Of a stretch of DNA of 32,000 nt, positions 1 through 9,790 are shown in pieces (the stretch's first letter is position 1; each line of letters begins with the position of its first letter). The notes below the pieces were generated by a model. That model did not search any database, was not told where the DNA came from, and worked only from the letters and a program-made list of their open reading frames with translations. Source of the stretch: Archaeoglobus fulgidus DSM 4304 (GTDB lineage: Archaea > Halobacteriota > Archaeoglobi > Archaeoglobales > Archaeoglobaceae); contig NC_000917.1 of assembly GCF_000008665.1 (NCBI RefSeq), positions 1,770,001-1,802,000 on the forward strand, in the 5' to 3' direction. The position numbers and the translations under genes were made by a program.

Positions 1-419
1 CTCCCTCCAACAAAGGTGTGCCCAATCTCGCCGGCCGCACCCCTACCCCTGTAAATCTTCCCGTCGGCAACAATCCCCCCTCCAATACCCGTTCCAACCG
101 TCACCGCAAGCAAATGCCTGAAGTTCAGAGTTTTGGCGGCAAAGTAAGCGAAACAGTTCGCGTCATTGTCCACAATGAACGGAACATCGAGCTCCATTTT
201 CGGAATTGCTGGAAGATTAGGTGCCTTAACGGGCTTACCGTCAACAAACCAAACAGCCACACCGATTCCAACGGCCTCAGCATCACCAAAATTTTTCTCG
301 ATGAAGTCGGATAAGTTCTGAATAACTTCCGAGGTTCTGAAGCTCTTTATTTGGAAGACGTTTCCTTCCAGAACGGCAACATCGGTGTTTGTCCCCCCAA
401 CGTCGATTCCGACAATCAT
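1..419 (-). CDS. ROK-family sugar kinase (glucokinase-like), N-terminal part; the 3' end lies beyond the window edge
   Basis: Absent from the ORF track because it is truncated. Reverse-strand translation from ATG 419 gives [20 protein letters not shown]...[11 protein letters not shown]...[28 protein letters not shown]. This is an ASKHA phosphate-1 motif followed by a ROK-type signature. Confidence 0.7.
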
Positions 420-461
420 GATAGAGCAACAACGTTATTAAATTTAAAACGCACTGTAACT

Positions 462-1070
462 ATGGTCAAACTTCTGACGAGGGAAGAGGGCGAAAAAGCC
501 GTCAGGCTTGCAAGGGAGGCTATAGAGCACTACCTTGAGGAAAGGAAAATACTCCAAAAAAGACTTGACGGCGTTTTCTCCCAAAAAAGAGGGGTTTTCA
601 CAACTCTGACAAAGCACGGAAATTTGAGGGGTTGCATTGGCTTTCCCTATCCGGTTAAAAGGCTTGACGAGGCGATAATAGAGTCCGCAATCGCCGCTGC
701 GGTTGACGATCCACGTTTCGAGCCTGTGAGGCTGAGCGAGATGAACGAAATCATTGTTGAGGTGACCATCTTAACTCCGCCTGAGAGAATTGATGCCAAG
801 CCCAAAGACCTACCCAACCACGTCGAAATTGGGAGACATGGTCTTATAGTAAAAATGGGCCCCTTCTCAGGTCTCCTCCTGCCTCAGGTTGCCGTGGAGT
901 ACAACATGGACGCCGAGGAGTTCCTCAGCGAGACTTGCATGAAAGCAGGCCTACCACCGGACTGCTGGCTCACCGGAGCGGAGGTTTACAGGTTCGAGGG
1001 GCAGATATTCAAGGAAAAAGAGCCAAGAGGGGAGGTTGTGGAGGTGGATATAAAAAGCTGTGGGATTTAG
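462..1070 (+). CDS. AMMECR1-domain protein
   Basis: Track ORF 351..1070. The residues before M38 overlap the divergent ROK gene, so ATG 462 ([22 protein letters not shown]) is the likely start. RGCIGFPYP and DPRF motifs are typical of AMMECR1. Confidence 0.85.
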
Positions 1071-2008
1071 CTCGCTACGCTTTCCCACCTTTTCTGTATG
1101 TCCCTGAACTTCTCCCTCGAAAGCTTGTAGTACTCCTCAGCCTTCGAGTACTCCTTCATTTCTCTGTAGAGGTCTCCAAGATGCCTGTACGCTGCGGCTA
1201 CGAACTGCATGAAGTCCGCATCAATCCTTTCGAGATTCTGGAAAATCTCCAGCGCCTCCTTGAACATTTTCTCAGCCTCCTGATACCTTCCGAGCTTCTT
1301 TCGGAACATCGCGTAGTTGCTCAGCAGAATGGCCAGGTTAAGCTTGAAGGACTCTGCCTCCTCCACGAGTTCCCTGTACAGCTTCTCCGCCTCTCTGTAG
1401 CACTCCTCAGCCTCGTCAAAGTCTCCGAGTTTTACGTAAATCTCCGATGCGGTCGCAAGGCTTTCCGCAAGCTCTTCTTTGGTGCCAATCTTTCTCCTTA
1501 TCTCTAAAGCCTCTTCGGCCTTAACCTTGGCCTCGTTGTACTTTCCCATGTCGTAGTAAAGCGTTGCGAGGTCGTTTTCAATGGCTGCAAGCATCTCTTC
1601 ATCTCTGTTTTCCTCGCATATTTTTTCCGCCTCCGTGTACATCCTCTCCGCGTTTTCTTTCATGTCCATCAGAATCAATGCTCTCGCAGCGTTTCTCATC
1701 AAAACCGGCGTTATGGATTTCATTCCAAGCTCAATGGTGAGCTTTATCGCATTAACAGATGAAACAACGCAGGAAACGAGAGATTGCTTGTCCTGCCTCT
1801 CGACCGCGTCCTGAGAAGCGTAAACGAAGTGAAGTATCAGCATGAGTTTTTTCCAGATTCCATCAAGCTTTTTAATCTCCTCAGCATCTCTGAAGGACTT
1901 CTCTATCCTCTCCCTTAGCTCTTCAGGTGCGGATTGCTTTACAAGCTCAAAAGCATCAAGAATTTTTCCTTCCCGAATCAGCCTTTCAACCTCTTTTACA
2001 ATTTCCAT
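1067..2008 (-). CDS. TPR-repeat protein
   Basis: 313-aa ORF with repeated 34-residue-type helical units (A..Y..LG.Y.EA...Y.EAL.I). TTTTAAA box about 25 nt upstream of ATG 2008. Its stop overlaps the AMMECR1 stop by 4 nt (convergent). Confidence 0.85.
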
Positions 2009-2114
2009 GCGGGCTATTTTTTCGAACCTTTAAAAGCTTTTTGAGGTTGTATGAGCCCATTAATAGTGTAATTATTCGTAATTGCCTACAAACTCAAAAA
2101 GAAATAAAAGCTAA

Positions 2115-2531
2115 TTACTCAATCTGCACGGCCTTTCTGTCCTTCTTCAGCTTCGGAATGGTTATCTCAAGGACTCCGTTGTTGTACTTGGCCTTGACAG
2201 CATCGATGTCAAGTCCAGCAGGCAGCGCAATCCTCCTGTAAACCTTTCCCATCCTTCTCTCCCTTCTGAGGTACTCACCCTTCTTCTCCTCGAACTCCTC
2301 CTTCTTCTCCGCCTTTATGACTAAATCTCCATCCTCAAAGTAAATCTCCAGATCCTCCTTGCTGAATCCCGGCAGGTCCGCGACAACTCTGATCTGCTCG
2401 CCCTCGTCAATAACATCGACCGGCATTGTCACCCTGAACTCCTTCACCTCAGGGAATCTGCCAAACTCTTCCAGCAGCCTGTTAAACCTCTCCTGCATCC
2501 TTCTCAGCTCCTCAAACGGGTCAATCAACAT
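2115..2531 (-). CDS. hsp20: Small heat-shock protein, Hsp20/alpha-crystallin family
   Basis: Alpha-crystallin core: VDVIDEGEQIRVVADLPGF..EDLEI...GDLVIKAEK...RIALPAGLD...KAKYNNGVLEITIPK. The track start is GTG 2540, but GGAGGTGAT lies 4 nt upstream of ATG 2531, which I prefer as the start. Confidence 0.95.
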   Translation of the reverse strand: MLIDPFEELRRMQERFNRLLEEFGRFPEVKEFRVTMPVDVIDEGEQIRVVADLPGFSKEDLEIYFEDGDLVIKAEKKEEFEEKKGEYLRRERRMGKVYRRIALPAGLDIDAVKAKYNNGVLEITIPKLKKDRKAVQIE

Positions 2532-2574
2532 CCCCATCACCTCCCCCTAACCTTTCTTTCCTAACTTACTTAAC

Positions 2575-2589
2575 CTAACTTTATGTTAG
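2575..2589. promoter_or_regulatory. CTAAC-N5-GTTAG palindrome, the heat-shock regulator (HSR1) operator type, in the hsp20 promoter
   Basis: Exact CTAAC TTTAT GTTAG, between a TTTATATT box (minus strand, 2597-2606) and the hsp20 start. Extra CTAAC half-sites at 2547-2551 and 2561-2565. Confidence 0.65.
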
Positions 2590-2648
2590 GTAGTCGAAAT
2601 ATAAAGTTTTCTGTTCAGATTTTTAAGAAGCGTCGGAGTAATTGCAAC

Positions 2649-3632
2649 GTGAGATGTGTTGTATGCGGAAGAGAAATTGAAACCGGGAGTTTGTGCGGAA
2701 AATGCATGGTTGAGAAGGAAGAAGTTGCCAAAATCGACGAATTTGAGATTACCGTATGCAGCAGATGCAATTTAATTAGGCTGGGAAACAGGTGGGTTGA
2801 GAGGAGCGTTGAGGAAGTTATCGAAGAAATGGTTTTGAGAAATGCAAGAGTTGTTGAGGAGTTTAACGTTACCGAAGTTGCGATATCCCAGGAGCACTGC
2901 GTCTTCAGGGGTGAGATTTCTGGCGATGAGGTTAAGATCTTAGTTCCACTGAAGTACAGGATAAACAAAGTGCTCTGCGAGAAGTGCAGCAGGGAGGCTG
3001 GGGGGTATTACGAGTCAATAGTGCAGCTGAGGGCTGCCGGAAGAGAGCTAAGTGACGAAGAAATTGAAAAAGCCTTAGAAATTGTGGATGAGGTTATTTC
3101 AAGCGCTCCCGAAGATCAGAAGGCCTTTATTTCAAAGCTTGAGAGGAAGAGGGAGGGTGTCAACATATTCTTCGGAAGCAGAAACATAGGCAAAAAGGTA
3201 TCAAGGATGATTATGAAAAAGCTCGGGGGGAGCATCACGGAGAGCAAGAAGCTGCACACGCGAATCGACGGCAGAGACGTTTACAGATTCACCTACTCGG
3301 TCAAACTGCCTGAATACAGAGAAGGAGACATTGTAGAGAAAGAGGGGAGGTTCGCAGTTGTCAGAAACTCCGTGGCTGGAAAGGGTCTGGACATACTCAC
3401 AGGAAAAACCGTCAACCTCGGCAATGAGAGGGTAGCGGTGAGAAGAGAAGACCTGAAGAGCGGTGTTGTGGTTAACGCTGACCCCAATGCGGTTGAAGTT
3501 GTTTGCGAGGATGGAAGGCTTGTGACGACTCCGAAACCTTCGGGAGCGGAGATTGGCGCTGAGGTGAAGGTTTTCGAAATAAATGGCAAATTCTTCTCCG
3601 TGTATGAAGGCGGTCAGAGTTCCGAAGAGTGA
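2649..3632 (+). CDS. NMD3-family protein (archaeal homolog of the 60S export adaptor)
   Basis: N-terminal CxxC clusters (CVVCGRE..CGKC...CSRCN..RLGNRW) and a later CEKCSREAGGYYESIVQLR, typical of NMD3. Track ATG 2583 sits inside the hsp20 operator. In-frame GTG 2649 lies 22-29 nt downstream of a TTTTTAAG box, so a leaderless start is likely. Confidence 0.8.
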   Translation: MRCVVCGREIETGSLCGKCMVEKEEVAKIDEFEITVCSRCNLIRLGNRWVERSVEEVIEEMVLRNARVVEEFNVTEVAISQEHCVFRGEISGDEVKILVPLKYRINKVLCEKCSREAGGYYESIVQLRAAGRELSDEEIEKALEIVDEVISSAPEDQKAFISKLERKREGVNIFFGSRNIGKKVSRMIMKKLGGSITESKKLHTRIDGRDVYRFTYSVKLPEYREGDIVEKEGRFAVVRNSVAGKGLDILTGKTVNLGNERVAVRREDLKSGVVVNADPNAVEVVCEDGRLVTTPKPSGAEIGAEVKVFEINGKFFSVYEGGQSSEE

Positions 3633-4593
3633 GGCAGAGCAGGTTAGAAGGCTGGCGGAGAAGCTCGGTGTCAAGGACAAGAGCAGGAGGATTACGGCAA
3701 CCGGAGACTACGTTGAGATTCCGATTATTGACTCTGCCGAGAGTTTTTTCAAGGGATACACTATAGTTGAGCAGGACAATCCTGTTTTTTCGAGAAAAAG
3801 GAGTCTTCGGGAAATTCTTAGGGGAAAGGTGCCGGAGGAGCTTATTCCCACAAATTACAAGGTTATTGGCGACATCGTCGTCGTTAAGCTCGATGAAAGG
3901 GCCAGGGAGTATGCCAAGGTGATTGGAGAGGCTCTGATGCAGATTAACCCCTGCAAGGCGGTCTGGTGTGATTACGGCAGATACGGGATGAAGAGAAAGC
4001 CGAGAATGGAGCTGATCGCAGGGGAAGGGAGCGTTACGGAGCACAGGGAGAACGGGTGCAGGTTCAGGATTGACGTCGCCAAGGTCATGTTTAGCCTGGG
4101 CAACCAGGCGGAGAGAATGAGAATCGCGAGGCTCGTTGAAGATGGGGAGGTGGTTGTTGACATGTTCGCGGGCATCGGATACTTCTCAATACCGATCGCC
4201 GTCCACTCAAAGGCAAGGAGAATATACTCCATTGAAATTAACCCTGAGTCCTACAAACTCCTTCTTGAGAATATAAAGCTGAATGACGTCGGAAATATAG
4301 TTCCGATTCTGGGCGATTCCCAGTTCGTTACGCCTGAGGGTGTAGCGGACAGGGTTGTCATGGGGCACATTTACTGCCACGATTACCTCCACACCGCCAT
4401 AAGGGCTCTGAAGGAGAGGGGTGTTGTGCACTACCACGAGGCAACTCCTGAAGCGGTTATTGACAGGCCCGTAAGGAGGGTGGAGAAAGCCTGCAGGAAA
4501 ATGGGGAAAAAATGCAGAATATTGGGTTTTAAGAAGGTTAAAAATTACTCTCCGGGTGTTTATCACGTTGTTGTGGACGCTGAAGTTTACTGA
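3604..4593 (+). CDS. Trm5/Taw2-type tRNA methyltransferase (Met-10+ like, class I SAM-dependent)
   Basis: SAM-binding motif [16 protein letters not shown], then EINPES and the conserved C-terminal part. The N-terminus [22 protein letters not shown] resembles the Trm5 D1 domain. The alternative ATG 3583 cannot be excluded. Overlaps the NMD3 3' end. Confidence 0.8.
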   Translation: MKAVRVPKSEAEQVRRLAEKLGVKDKSRRITATGDYVEIPIIDSAESFFKGYTIVEQDNPVFSRKRSLREILRGKVPEELIPTNYKVIGDIVVVKLDERAREYAKVIGEALMQINPCKAVWCDYGRYGMKRKPRMELIAGEGSVTEHRENGCRFRIDVAKVMFSLGNQAERMRIARLVEDGEVVVDMFAGIGYFSIPIAVHSKARRIYSIEINPESYKLLLENIKLNDVGNIVPILGDSQFVTPEGVADRVVMGHIYCHDYLHTAIRALKERGVVHYHEATPEAVIDRPVRRVEKACRKMGKKCRILGFKKVKNYSPGVYHVVVDAEVY

Positions 4594-5555
4594 AGCTTCT
4601 CGGCAATTTCCTTGGAGTGGTAGGTTATGATGAGGTCCGCTCCAGCCCTTTTTATGGAAATCAGAACCTCGTAGATTGCCTCCTCGCTCAGCCAGCCGTT
4701 CTTTATCGCAGCTTTGATCATGCTGTACTCTCCGCTCACGTTGTACGCTGCCAAAGGCAAATCGAAGCGCTCCCGTACCATTCTTATAATGTCGAGGTAG
4801 GGCAGGGCCGGCTTGACCATGATTATGTCCGCTCCCTCTTTGACATCAAGCTCGATCTCCCTCATCGCCTCTCTGGCATTGTGGATATCCATCTGATACC
4901 CCCTTCTGTCACCAAACTTGAACCCGCTCTCCGCAGCATCTCTGAAGGGAGAGTAGAAGTTGGAAGCATACTTGGCGGAGTAGCTCATAATGGGAGTGCT
5001 CTCAAAACCCGCTGCATCAAGGGCCTCTCTTATCGCCTTAACCATTCCATCCATCATTCCGGATGGCGCAACAATGTCCGCTCCGCTTTCCGCATGGCTC
5101 ACAGCAGTTTTCCCGATTATGGGCAATGTCTCATCATTCACAATCTCCCCATCCTTTACAACACCGCAGTGGCCGTGAGTTGTGTACTCGCAGAGGCAGA
5201 CGTCCGTTACGATTACAGCATCCGGAAACTCAGCCTTAATTCGCCTGACGGCTTTCTGTATTACACCATTTTGGTCATAAGCAGAAGAACCAGTTTCGTC
5301 CTTATAGGAGGGGATGCCAAAAAGGATGAAGCTTCTCAGGTCCTTCTCGAGGCACTCCTCAACCTCCTTATCAACCATCTCCAGCGGAATTCTGAAGTAG
5401 TCAGGCATGGATTCGATCGGCTTCTTTTCTTTAATATTTTCATCAACGAAAATCGGTGTTATGAGATTCTCAGGACTCAGCCTTGCTTCTCTGAACATCC
5501 ACCTCAGGTTTGCCTTCCTCAACCTTCGCATCCTTACCTTCGGAAACTCTGCCAT
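4587..5555 (-). CDS. hemB: Porphobilinogen synthase (delta-aminolevulinate dehydratase)
   Basis: [12 protein letters not shown]-terminus, [14 protein letters not shown] zinc site, active-site region [19 protein letters not shown] lies 4 nt upstream of ATG 5555; the track start is 5573. Confidence 0.95.
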   Translation of the reverse strand: MAEFPKVRMRRLRKANLRWMFREARLSPENLITPIFVDENIKEKKPIESMPDYFRIPLEMVDKEVEECLEKDLRSFILFGIPSYKDETGSSAYDQNGVIQKAVRRIKAEFPDAVIVTDVCLCEYTTHGHCGVVKDGEIVNDETLPIIGKTAVSHAESGADIVAPSGMMDGMVKAIREALDAAGFESTPIMSYSAKYASNFYSPFRDAAESGFKFGDRRGYQMDIHNAREAMREIELDVKEGADIIMVKPALPYLDIIRMVRERFDLPLAAYNVSGEYSMIKAAIKNGWLSEEAIYEVLISIKRAGADLIITYHSKEIAEKLQ

Positions 5556-6783
5556 TTCCATCACCGAAAACATACTTTATGGACTCAATAACGTGAAACT
5601 CATCCTTCCTCGCCGCCTCCCTCAGGCGAACTGTAGGCTCTCTCAGGAATTTCTTAATGAGGGAGTTGGCAAAATCGTTGAGAATTTCCTTAACATCCTC
5701 TGAAACGCCGTATCTCGCGTTTAGCTTTGCGTAAAGCTCCTCCACCTCTTCGCCAACGAACCTCTCAGCGAGAGAGTACATGGCTGCAATGGCGTCTCTG
5801 GCGGAGATGTCCTTCAAGAGCAGCTTTAGCTGCTCAAGCTCCTCCTCAATAATCCCCTCAACCTTTGCTATCTCCTCCCTCCTTCTGGCAAGGTTCTCCT
5901 CGCTTATTCTCCTCAAATCATCGATCGTGAGTAGCTCAACTCCGTCAAGTTGTGCAACGCTCTCATCCACGTCTCTCGGCAAGGCTATGTCAATGATGAG
6001 AAGCTTCTGACTTCTCTCCCTCATAGCCCTCTCCACGTCCCCCCTCGTTATGACGGCGTGGGGTGCGGAGGTTGCGGATATGACGACGTCGCAGACCTTG
6101 AGGTAATCAACCAGTTTGTCAAACTTTACTGCAACCCCGCCAATTCGTTTTGCAAGCTCCTCAGCCTTCTCGTACGTTCTGTTGGCTATTAAAACAGCCT
6201 CTACTTCCTTACCTGCAATGGCCTTTGCAACGAGCGTGCCCATTTCCCCCGCACCTACGAGCAAAGCCTTCTTTCCCTTCAGCGTTCCCAGAACTCTCTC
6301 CGCCACCTCAACCGCAGCAGAGCCAATCGACACCGAGCCTTTCGAAATTGCCGTCTCTCTCCTAACCCTTCTCCCGACCTGAACGGCCTTGCCGAAAACC
6401 CTCTCCAGAACCTCCCCAGCCTGCCCACCTTCCCTGCAGAGATTAAAGCACTGCCTTACCTGACCGAGAATCTGCTCCTCCCCAACAATCATCGACTCTA
6501 TTCCCGAAGCAACTCTCAGCAGGTGCCTCAGGCAGCTCTCACCAACAAAAATTTCAGCCTTTCCGGTTATACCAAGCTCCTCCGCAATATCTTGAAGACA
6601 GCTTTTCAGATTCTCGCCAACGAGATAGATTTCGAAGCGATTGCATGTGAAGATGTAAGCATACTCGGAAAAACTGCATTTCGAAATCACATCCTCCAGT
6701 CTCGGCTTTACAGTAAGCCAGATTTTCTCAATTTCCTCAACTTTGGCATTTTTGTGAGAAATCGTTATGCATCCAATTTCCAT
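5470..6783 (-). CDS. hemA: Glutamyl-tRNA reductase
   Basis: TCNRFEIY catalytic-Cys motif, GAGEMG NADPH-binding motif and a C-terminal dimerisation helix. The last 29 codons overlap hemB. Confidence 0.95.
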   Translation of the reverse strand: MEIGCITISHKNAKVEEIEKIWLTVKPRLEDVISKCSFSEYAYIFTCNRFEIYLVGENLKSCLQDIAEELGITGKAEIFVGESCLRHLLRVASGIESMIVGEEQILGQVRQCFNLCREGGQAGEVLERVFGKAVQVGRRVRRETAISKGSVSIGSAAVEVAERVLGTLKGKKALLVGAGEMGTLVAKAIAGKEVEAVLIANRTYEKAEELAKRIGGVAVKFDKLVDYLKVCDVVISATSAPHAVITRGDVERAMRERSQKLLIIDIALPRDVDESVAQLDGVELLTIDDLRRISEENLARRREEIAKVEGIIEEELEQLKLLLKDISARDAIAAMYSLAERFVGEEVEELYAKLNARYGVSEDVKEILNDFANSLIKKFLREPTVRLREAARKDEFHVIESIKYVFGDGNGRVSEGKDAKVEEGKPEVDVQRSKAES

Positions 6784-6882
6784 CTTATAGTTCAGAATTC
6801 ACAAGTGCTTTTTAAGTTTTTTATTCAGCAATGCTGAAAAGCAAAAATTAAAATGATAAAATGGTGGAGACTCCCGGAACGG

Positions 6883-8079
6883 TTAAACGAACATCACTCC
6901 CTTCAAATCGGGTATCGGAGTCGTCTTCTTGAGCACCTTCTCTATCGCCTTGGTGAAGTCCAGCATTGTAACCTTCGCCCTCTCCTCTCTGATGGCAAAC
7001 ATCCCTGCCTCGGTGCATATCGCCTTGATGTCCGCTCCACTCGCACCCTCCGTGATTCTCGCAAGCTCCTTGAAGTCAACGTCCTCCGCAAGCTTCATCT
7101 TCCTCGTGTGTATCTTGAAAATCTGTATCCTCCCCTCGAACGTTGGTAGCGGAACCTCTATTATTCTGTCAAACCTTCCAGGTCGAAGGATTGCTGGGTC
7201 GAGTATGTCGATCCTGTTCGTCGCACCGATGACCTTCACATCCCCTCTCGGGTCGAAGCCGTCAAGCTCAGCTAAGAGCTGCATCATCGTCCTCTGAACC
7301 TCCCTGTCACCGCTGGTATCGCTGTTTGTCCTTCTCGCAGCTATTGCATCAAGCTCATCTATGAATATTATTGAAGGTGCCTTCTCCTTTGCGAGCTGGA
7401 ACACCTCTCTGACCAGCCTTGCTCCCTCTCCGATGTACTTCTGAACGAACTCGCTGCCAACCACACGTATGAACGTTGCCCTCGTCTGGTTTGCGACCGC
7501 TTTGGCCAGCAAGGTTTTACCCGTACCCGGCGGACCGTAGAGCAGCACACCCTTGGGCGGCTCTATGCCAACTTCCGCGAAAAGCTCCGGTTTCAGCAGC
7601 GGCAGCTCAACAGCCTCTCTGATTTCCTCAATCTGTACATCAAGACCTCCTATGTCCTCGTAGCTAACTTCTGGCTTCTCCTCCACCTCAAAGCCGTAAA
7701 CCATTGGGTCTTTGGATGTTGGAAGGACATTCACTATTGCCAGCGTCTGCTGGTTTAAAGCGACTCTCGCACCCGGCTTGAGTTCTTCCTCATTGATGTA
7801 CTGCGAGGTGTTGACAACGAACTTCGGTCCGGTTGAGCTCTTCACAACAACTCTTCCGTCTTCAAGTATGTCTGAAACAACACCTACGAGTAATGGCGGT
7901 GAGCGTAATCTTTCAACTTCACTTCTCAGCCTTCTTACTTCTCTTTCATACCTTATTCTTTCGCTTTCGATAAACTTCTTCTCGTCTTCCAATCTGCGAT
8001 AAAGCTCTCTAAGCTTGTAGTAATCCTCCTCCAGCTTCTTCAACTTTTCCAGGAGGTATTGTATTTCGCTATCGCCCAT
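6883..8079 (-). CDS. pan: Proteasome-activating nucleotidase (AAA+ ATPase)
   Basis: N-terminal coiled coil, OB segment, Walker A GPPGTGKT, Walker B IIFIDELD and a C-terminal hydrophobic tail ending in MFV (HbYX position), as in archaeal PAN. Confidence 0.97.
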   Translation of the reverse strand: MGDSEIQYLLEKLKKLEEDYYKLRELYRRLEDEKKFIESERIRYEREVRRLRSEVERLRSPPLLVGVVSDILEDGRVVVKSSTGPKFVVNTSQYINEEELKPGARVALNQQTLAIVNVLPTSKDPMVYGFEVEEKPEVSYEDIGGLDVQIEEIREAVELPLLKPELFAEVGIEPPKGVLLYGPPGTGKTLLAKAVANQTRATFIRVVGSEFVQKYIGEGARLVREVFQLAKEKAPSIIFIDELDAIAARRTNSDTSGDREVQRTMMQLLAELDGFDPRGDVKVIGATNRIDILDPAILRPGRFDRIIEVPLPTFEGRIQIFKIHTRKMKLAEDVDFKELARITEGASGADIKAICTEAGMFAIREERAKVTMLDFTKAIEKVLKKTTPIPDLKGVMFV

Positions 8080-8181
8080 ATTTTATCCCTCAATTTTATT
8101 TTTTGCTTCCCTCTACGTTCCGGAAGCCTCCAAATACATATATATCACTCATCATATAAGAACTTGTTGCTGGTGAGTGAA

Positions 8182-8652
8182 ATGAACTGCGAAATCTGTG
8201 GCAGAGAGATTAAGGGAAAAGGCTTCAAGATTGTTGTTGAGGGCAGTGAGGTTACGGTTTGCGGCTCCTGCAGACAGTTCGGAACTGAAAAGAAGCCCTC
8301 CGTAGCATCTCAGCAGGGGGCGAGAAGGGTCGTTCTGAAAAAGAAGAGGGGTTCGACAAAAATCGAGTTCACAGAGGAGCTTGTTGAGAACTTCCACATT
8401 ATTATCAGGCGAGAAAGGGAAAAGAGAGGCTGGAGTCAGGAGCAGCTTGCAAAGAAGATTCAGGAGAAGGAGTCTTTGATAAAGAAAATCGAGAATGCGG
8501 AGATTACACCTGAGCCTGAGGTTGTGGAGAAGCTGGAGAAGCTGTTCAACATCAAGCTGAGAGAGCAGGTTCCCGAAATCAAAATTGAGAAGAGCAAGAG
8601 CCTTGTTCCAACACTGGGCGACGTTGTTGTTGTGAAGAGAAAGAAGAAATAA
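8182..8652 (+). CDS. mbf1: MBF1-type transcriptional cofactor (zinc ribbon plus Cro/C1 HTH)
   Basis: MNCEICGREI...VCGSC zinc ribbon and HTH RGWSQEQLAKKIQEKESLIKKIE. The track ORF starts at 8059 inside the divergent promoter. ATG 8182 follows an ATATATA box. Confidence 0.85.
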   Translation: MNCEICGREIKGKGFKIVVEGSEVTVCGSCRQFGTEKKPSVASQQGARRVVLKKKRGSTKIEFTEELVENFHIIIRREREKRGWSQEQLAKKIQEKESLIKKIENAEITPEPEVVEKLEKLFNIKLREQVPEIKIEKSKSLVPTLGDVVVVKRKKK

Positions 8653-8679
8653 TTTAAGTCCAGAGCATTAAAGAGCTGC

Positions 8680-8988
8680 ATGCACAACTTCATCTACATA
8701 ACCGCCCCTTCTTTGGAGGAGGCGGAAAGAATAGCGAAGAGGCTCCTTGAGAAAAAACTCGCAGCCTGCGTAAACATCTTTCCCATTAAATCTTTCTTCT
8801 GGTGGGAGGGAAAGATAGAGGCAGCAACTGAGTTTGCCATGATCGTTAAAACGAGGTCGGAGAAGTTTGCCGAAGTCAGGGATGAGGTAAAGGCGATGCA
8901 CAGCTACACAACTCCCTGCATATGCGCAATACCGATAGAAAGAGGGCTCAAGGAGTTTCTCGATTGGATAGACGAGACAGTCGAATGA
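8680..8988 (+). CDS. cutA: Divalent-cation tolerance protein CutA
   Basis: 102 aa. The pattern KLAACVNI.P..S.F.W.GKI....E..MIVKT...F..V...V...H.Y..P.I is characteristic of CutA1. Confidence 0.9.
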   Translation: MHNFIYITAPSLEEAERIAKRLLEKKLAACVNIFPIKSFFWWEGKIEAATEFAMIVKTRSEKFAEVRDEVKAMHSYTTPCICAIPIERGLKEFLDWIDETVE

Positions 8989-9680
8989 GGAGGGTCGGAA
9001 CATACGGTGGAAGGAAATTGATAGAGTACGATCAGGAGCGCTGGAACATACTCGCAGAGAAAAGGGAGCGGGCAAAGGAGGTAATGGAGTCCTTACTTTC
9101 ATTCGGAATCGAAAGCGTTGTTTACGGCAGCGTTGCGAGAGGGGATGTGAACGAAAAAAGTGACGTGGACATCTTCATCCCCGAGGTTATACCCTCTTAT
9201 AAGGTTGAGGTCGCTCTTGACGGCTTCGAAGTCCTTGAAAAAAGAATCGTCCAGGCAACTCCAAACTACGCCATAAAGGGAGAATTTGTGCTGTCCGACA
9301 ACACCACCGTCAGTTTTCCACTGGTCAGGATGAGGGAAAGGGAGATGGACTTTTACAGGTTCGGAGGCTGTGTTGATTACAGGGGGTTGATGGAGAAGCG
9401 AAGAGTGCCGGGAGTGGACAAAAGACTCGTTCTGATAATTCCCACCGGAAAAGGGCATCGCGAAATCCCTCTTACAGACATTCATCCGAGCAGCGTGGCG
9501 AGAATGCTCGGAGTGTCAATAGACATCGTGACGGAGAGAATAAGGGTTCTGACGAGAAGGAGAGAGGTCGGAAGGACGGGCATCTTTCTCTGCGAGACAA
9601 TTCCTTCAACTGACTGCTTCGAGCAGGCTCTTAAGGAAATCGCCTCCAGAAACCCTGCGGTAAGGAGAAGGCTCGACTAA
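8985..9680 (+). CDS. Nucleotidyltransferase-domain protein (Pol-beta superfamily)
   Basis: GSVARGDVNEKSDVDIFI is a G[SG]-x10-DxD NTase motif. ATG 8985 overlaps the cutA stop (ATGA). Track start 8922 would run inside cutA. Confidence 0.7.
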   Translation: MRRVGTYGGRKLIEYDQERWNILAEKRERAKEVMESLLSFGIESVVYGSVARGDVNEKSDVDIFIPEVIPSYKVEVALDGFEVLEKRIVQATPNYAIKGEFVLSDNTTVSFPLVRMREREMDFYRFGGCVDYRGLMEKRRVPGVDKRLVLIIPTGKGHREIPLTDIHPSSVARMLGVSIDIVTERIRVLTRRREVGRTGIFLCETIPSTDCFEQALKEIASRNPAVRRRLD

Positions 9681-9790
9681 CCGAACTTCTTGCTCAGCTT
9701 TATCGCGTTCAGCAGGGTTAAGGTGTACACGGCGAACAGGGCAATCAAAACGACCATCGAAGCCAGCATTACTGCTGTGTAATCATTCAT
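9677..9790 (-). CDS. Small single-pass membrane protein, possible CcmD analog (not in the ORF track)
   Basis: 37 codons: MNDYTAVMLASMVVLIALFAVYTLTLLNAIKLSKKFG. GGAGGTGAT lies 5 nt upstream of ATG 9790, inside the ccmC 3' end. The start overlaps ccmC by 8 nt. One TM helix plus a basic tail. Confidence 0.45.
   Translation of the reverse strand: MNDYTAVMLASMVVLIALFAVYTLTLLNAIKLSKKFG

Noticed and set aside
351-461. N-terminal extensions given by the track for AMMECR1 (351), MBF1 (8059), the NTase (8922), the metal-binding protein (12980), cluster gene 4 (25606), the lipoprotein (26109) and the FKBP (21326).
   Set aside because: The extensions overlap neighbouring genes or promoters. Internal starts have SD matches or ATGA/GTGA coupling and give N-termini that match the family or signal-peptide expectation.
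935-1507. 190-aa plus-strand ORF. Similar long antisense or out-of-frame ORFs include 3472..4044 (-), 3201..3680 (-), 10429..10920 (-), 13724..14350 (-), 14284..14856 (+), 15161..15592 (+), 21347..21832 (-), 27242..27757 (-) and 29430..29963 (+).
   Set aside because: Each overlaps a gene with strong family motifs on the other strand or in another frame. Each has Ser/Leu/Arg-rich low-information translations and lacks a start context.
2583-2648. ATG 2583 as the NMD3 start (track ORF 2583..3632).
   Set aside because: The ATG lies inside the CTAAC-N5-GTTAG operator of the divergent hsp20 promoter. The added residues (MLGSRNIKFSVQIFKKRRSNCN) precede the conserved CxxC N-terminus. GTG 2649, downstream of an A/T box, fits better, although the longer form cannot be formally excluded.
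4617-5591. 324-aa ORF on the plus strand.
   Set aside because: It is exactly antisense to hemB, which has unmistakable motifs. Its translation has no recognisable motif and no SD or promoter. This is a shadow ORF.
8139-8145. ATGATGA (C-box-like, minus strand) in the PAN/MBF1 divergent intergenic region.
   Set aside because: No CTGA D box lies within 80 nt downstream on that strand, and there is no terminal stem. The string is part of the A/T-rich promoter region.
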